From NCBI GenBank assembly GCA_964016885.1, contig OZ024742.1:153636001-153700000 (forward strand): DNA of 64,000 nucleotides. Reading direction: 5' to 3'. The position numbers and the translations under genes were made by a program. The notes beneath the pieces are model-generated. The model was not told the DNA's origin. It saw only the letters and a program-made list of their open reading frames with translations, and ran no database searches. The stretch is from Eledone cirrhosa. Lineage: Eukaryota. Positions 58,628-64,000 of this stretch are shown here, piece after piece; within the stretch, counting starts at the first letter, position 1; every line of letters starts with the position of its first letter.

Positions 58628-60838
58628 CTGGTGGGTTGTTGCTCCTAGGGCTGCTGGTGATGTGCGCCTTCATGTTCTTAGCGCAGTAGTATCCTAGTTT
58701 AACTTTGTGTCGGTTAAATATGGAGCGGTATTTATGACCTATGGGAAAGTGTCTATCTAAGAGGGCTAGAATGTTTTCCTACATTGGTTTTAACGTTGAG
58801 TGAGAAGGGAGTAGAGAACCAGATAGTTTGTCTATTGTTGCGCTTACTTTTCTTAATGGAGTTGTGGTTAGTGGGAGGGTAAGGGGAAGGATGTGAGAAG
58901 CTGCATTTAGCCAACGCCGTGTTATAGTAGGGTGCCGCCCTCTCAAAAATAGCCTTATTAGAGGAGAGGTTTGAGATTCTAGTACTGATATTCTTAACGA
59001 AGATTCTAAAAATAGTGGAAGGGTGGCATGAGTCCTTGTGAATGTAATTCAGTTTCTCGTTTGGCTTATGGAAGTTTCTGTGGGTGGGTGTGCGAAGGTC
59101 TAAATTAATGTCTAAGAAATCTTTCGCTAGAGAGGTTGGTGGCTACTGTTATTCTAAGTCCTAACTCATTGACGGTAGAAACTAAGTCTTTTTTAAACCG
59201 GTCGAGATCGTGACCACTTTTATGGCTCGATAAAGTCAGACCATCATCGTGTTATATTCCCGTGTGGAAGTCCGGGAATCTAACACGTAATATGTCTAAG
59301 ATAAATAGGCCAACCAAGTCACATACGTCAGTACTGTCAAACGATCCCATGGAGACGGCGAATAGACATAGAGGGATTTCCGGCAATGAGCGATGATTTC
59401 CCTGTCTAAACCATCGACGGTGGTATAAGTGGTAACAAAGTCCTAGGCTTTGTTTAACAGGGTCTCTGAGTTCGACGGGTAAAAATCGACAATGTCAAAC
59501 TGTGTGAACTGCGCTTTTTGGGATCTTAAGGAGGTAAACCACTTAATTACGGAGTCACTCTTCTCCCACTGGGGTAGGTTTAACTCGGTCCTAATAGTCT
59601 TAACTATGTTTCTAAGTATGGCGTTACTGACTAGTCCTATATCTGTGCGTGCCGGTTTTATTAGTCTACATATGGGGTTACAAGTAAAGTCTACCTTGTG
59701 GTCTTTCAGGGTGAGGAACCCTTCCCCTTAGCTAGAGATTGTAACTTCTTATCTACCTTAATGTCGGCGGCAAGTTCATTGGCTTCTGTATTAATGTCGT
59801 GGTAGGCCATAGGGTTAGCTTTCTAATATTTAGAAGTAATAGCGTTATGGGCCAGGTGGCGGAAAGTGGTATTGTCACCTTCGTAAATATTATTAGTTTT
59901 GTCAGAAAGTGTTATTAGAAGACCTAAATTTCTTAATATCATTTCTGAGTTTCGTTTGAAAGGTGTTAGTGTGTTTGCGAAAGGAAATGTTAGCGACTAA
60001 GTCAAGAAGGTCCGTCTCGAAAGGAGCATGTACAGTTACCTTACGAGGGTAGGCTCTCGATTTCAGGTTGAAGGTATTGTTGGTGCCTGTAATTTTGCCG
60101 TCAAAATCTAGGGCTTCCCATCTTACGCGTCTGATGACACATTCCGCTGTTTGTAGGAGTAGCTTTTGGTAAGCATGGTTGGAGGGAGTTGGAATGTACT
60201 TCAGGGAGTAATCCAGTTAGTATAAATCCATACTGACGTTGATGAGACGCACAATTTTGTAGGACACGAGGATATAGTGTGCGCTCTTAGGGAAGTAAGC
60301 CAAACTCGCACGTAGTGAAGAATCTGCTAAAAGCCAAACTTCTACGTAGTGCAGAGAATCTGCTGACTGGTGCTGGAGACGCATATAGTGGTGGAACACT
60401 GGAAGGTAATATCCGTAGTTGTAGAGCACTCAGTCCATGGGATGAGTTAGGTGGAAGTGGGTACACAACAGTTAGTTCACCATACCGAGAACAATTGTTT
60501 CACATTAGCGGATCCTCACCTCGTAATGGTCATTGTGATAGGAACAGGAAGGACAACCGTACGAACGCGCATGCGCAGAAACCTGGTCACTTCACTCGAG
60601 AGATGTAAGGGAGATAACTGCGAAAGTCCGAAAAGTGTTTAGTTGAAAATAACATTACAAGGAATCAGTACGGAGCCCTGTAGTTATGTAATAAGTGTGT
60701 CCGGGTACGTCTGACCGGGTACATGAAGGTAGACTGGAGGTTCAGGAAACGTTCCTTAAATCGGCCCTCCGCCGTGCCCACATAGGATTTGACCTCCTGT
60801 GGTTCTGTTTGGTCGGTTGAAAGTGACCACAGCTTCCT
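58628..60838 (-). mobile_element. Naiad-like PLE, partial tandem (EN fragment - pLTR - ORF 5' part)
   Basis: LDYSLKYIPTPS..RRVRWEA..SDKTNNIY..FLTLKDHK..FDIVDFYPS..MGSFD..; upstream segment matches 62030-62160 and 62380-62562; decayed hammerhead at 60486-60523. Confidence 0.92.
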
Positions 60839-62562
60839 CACCCTGAAAGATCACAAGTTAGACTTTACTTCTAACCCCACATGTAGACTAATAAACCCGG
60901 CACGCACAGATATGGGACTAGTCAGTAAGGCCATACATAGAAACATAGTTAAGATCATTAGGACCAAGTCCAATCTGTCCCAGTGGGAGAACAGCGACTC
61001 CGTAATTAAGTGGTTTAACTCCTTAAAATCGAAAAATGCGAAGTTCACACAGTTTGACATTGTCGATTTTTACCCGTCGAACTCAGAGACCCTGTTAAAC
61101 AAAGCCTTGGACTTCTCTACCACTTATACCACCGTTGAAGGTTTAGATAGCGAAATCATCGCTCACTGCCGGAAAACCCTCCTATTCAAAGACGGAGGAG
61201 CCTGGGCAAAGAAGTTTACAACTTCAGACGTATTCGCCGTCTCCATGGGATCGTTTGACAGTGCTGACGTATGTGACTTGGTTGGCCTATTTATCTTAGA
61301 CATATTAGGTGTTAGATTCCCGGACTTCCACACGGGAATATACCGCGACGATGGACTGACTTTATCGATCCATAAAAGTGGTCACGACCTCGACCGGTTT
61401 AAAAAAGACTTAGCGTCTACCTTCAATGAGTTAGGACTTAGGATAACAGTAGCCACCAACCTCTCTAGCATAGATTTCTTAGACATTAATTTAGACATTC
61501 GCACACCCACCCACATACACTTCCATAAGCTAAACGAGAAACGCAATTACATTCACAAGGACTCATGCCACCCTCCCACTATTTTTAGAAACTTCGTTAA
61601 GTATATCAGTACTACAATCTCAAAACTCTCCTCTAATAAGGCTATCGTTGACATGGCGGCACCCTACTATAACACGGCGTTGGCTAACATCGGCTTCTCA
61701 CAATTATCACTTACTCTCCCACTAGAAAAATCACTATTAAGAAAAGAAAGCGCAACAATAGACAAACTATCTGGTTCTCTCCTCCCTTCTCAGTCAACGT
61801 TAAGACTAATGTAGGAAAACAAATTCTAGCCCTCTTAGATAGACACTTTCCCATAGGTCATAAATACCGCTCCATCTTTGACTGACACAAAGTTAAACTA
61901 AGATACTACTGCGCTAAATCATGAAGGCGCACATCACCAGCATCCCTAGAAACAACACCCCACCAGAGTGCTGTTGCCGTAAACCCGAAGCTTGCCCCTT
62001 CAATAGCAATGCAACACACCAGCTGTAATTTATGAAGCTGTGGTCCCTTCCCACCGACCGAACAAAGCACAGGAGGTCAAATCCTATGTGGACATGGCGG
62101 AGGGCCGATTTAAGGAACGTTTCCTGAATCACCAGTCTACCTTAAGGTACCCGGACAGACGTTCATCCACGAAACTCGCGAGCCACGTATGGTATCTCAA
62201 GGACTCAAGTATAGATAACTCCAATCAATGGAAAGCCATAACTAAGTCCAAGCCATACGCAAGGGGAAATGCGACGTGTGGCTTATGTATTGACGAACGA
62301 ATAACTATTCTAAAGAGATTACGCAATAGTGATTGCCTAAACACGAGAATTGAATTTGTCACACGTTGTCCACACGTCACCAAACACCTATTGCATAACT
62401 ACAAGTCGTCCGGACTGATTCCTTGTAACTTAGTTTTCAACTAAAATCTTTTCGGACTTTCGCAGTTATCTCACTTACAGCTCTCGCACGCATTCTAGTA
62501 TTGCTTGTGTCAAGTGACCCGGTTTCTGCGCATGCACGTTCGTGCGGTTCTCCTTCCTGTTC
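60834..62562 (+). mobile_element. Naiad-like PLE, 5'-truncated (RT - linker - GIY-YIG - partial pLTR)
   Basis: FLTLKDHK..CRLINPA..FDIVDFYPS..SMGSFDSADVCDLVGL..YRDDG..SCHP; YEA..YVDMAEGRFKERFLNH..CGLCIDE..LNTRIE..CPH. Confidence 0.95.
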
Positions 62563-62569
62563 AACAATT

Positions 62570-64000
62570 TCCAGGCCTGGAACAATGACGTGCCATCATT
62601 GTATGGGCTTAGAAACACCATAAGACGGACAGTGACCCAGTCACAGGACCACCAACGCTGATTATGTAATCCCGCTACGTTGATGATATAAACAACGTAG
62701 TAAAAAGACACCCACTAAAGAACAGTCAGGAAATAGAGAAAAACACCATGGAAAGCATCCAGCAAATAGCTAACTCCATCCACCAGAGCATCAAAGTTAC
62801 TATAGACAAGCAAACACCCAACCATCGGTTACCTGTACTAGACACAGAGCTGTGGTTAGAAACCATTAATAACATAAAACGGAGGATTGGCAGTATCGGT
62901 AGAGGGTCGTACGACATGCTTTCCAGCATAGTTACGTCCCTTTACGATCTGAGTTCATATCCCGCCGAGGTTGACTTTGCCTTTCATCCTTACGGGGTCG
63001 ATAAAATAAAAGTACCAGTAATGCACTGGGTAATTGCTGGCTTTGTGCCTAAAGTAGAAACAATTAATAACATAAAACAAATCCTCTATTCCCATTATGC
63101 CAAAGCCAAGATTTCAAATACCTGATCCACCGAAACTCAGCTGTTTCGAATCACACCAAAATCAACATATTGATTGCGGATTTAGTAAGGGTAATGTGGA
63201 ACGTGTCCGCTTGTGCAACTCCAAAGAATTAGAGAGACACATACAACAATTCATCCACCGTATGCTGTTATCTCGCTACAATCAGAGAGATAACATTAGA
63301 GTATATAGAGGAGTCAGAACCAAATGGGAAAAATTGGTAAATAATGATACCAATGGGACCTGTCCCTTGTATAGGAGCAAATTTCGGAATAGAATAGAAA
63401 TAACTAGGAATAAAGTTAATAAAATAAACTCATGATATGATAGCAATAAATACCAGAGTGTAATGTTCATCAATACATACCCTAGAGGTGAACTAGCCTA
63501 CACATTTAGAAGGGCCCTAGGTAAACTTGAACTAAATATTAAGATAGTGGAAAGACCAGATACCTCCATAAAAACACTGATTAGTAATACATACCCTTTT
63601 CTAAGACGTCCCTCTATAAATAAGAAATGCATAATCAGTAATCTAAGCCCCCATATTAACTGAAAAACTAGAAACATACTATATAGCATAAGCTGTACTG
63701 AGGGACAATTTAGAAATAAGAATATAATCTACATACGTGAGACAGCTCGTGGCATAAGAGAAGGATGAAATGAAAACTGTTGAGAACTCCAAGTTAGAAA
63801 AGACTCATCAATACTCCACCAACATGCTAAAATAGAACATAAGGTTAAATTAGAGATAAAAATATAATCTACACACAGAAAAGACAGCTTAAACAAATCA
63901 CAGATGCATTAAACATGAATGAACTCCAACCAAAATTAAATAAAAACATGCAATAAATAGCAACATCACAGCTTATAATTAAGGACAAAATGAAAACACA
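62570..64000 (+). mobile_element. Decayed Nematis-like PLE, running off the window
   Basis: RYVDDIN..IANSIHQSIKVTID..LPVLDTELW..HRNSA..CPLYR..SVMFI..IKIVERP..ILYSISC..YIRETAR..QPKLN. Confidence 0.8.
62881..63062 (+). mobile_element. tRNA-derived SINE inserted in PLE, perfect 16-bp TSD
   Basis: attaataacataaaac at 62865-62880 and 63063-63078. Confidence 0.93.

Overview
AT-rich, microsatellite-dense eukaryotic DNA, almost entirely transposon-derived. The SINE family and (TA)n/(CA)n/(TACA)n load suggest a coleoid cephalopod (inference). No complete host gene is visible; there is one good candidate exon at 34719-34880. Main contents: (1) about 10 Penelope-like element (PLE) insertions of at least four types (Naiad-, Penelope/Poseidon-, Neptune- and Nematis-like; clade calls from motifs only); (2) a young 4.2-kb Gypsy LTR element lacking gag/protease, nested in a PLE; (3) a 5.1-kb Helitron lacking its HUH Rep core; (4) five tRNA-type SINE copies and RTE, Tx1, CRE, R4 and CR1-like LINE remnants. 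The most interesting signal is a graded series of PLE fold-back insertions (about 4 kb down to about 100 bp), most carrying opposed minimal hammerhead ribozymes. Several apparently different hammerhead copies share a non-canonical CCGANGA core, and several have greatly enlarged stem II. All alignments and folds were done by eye; boundaries not given to the base are approximate.
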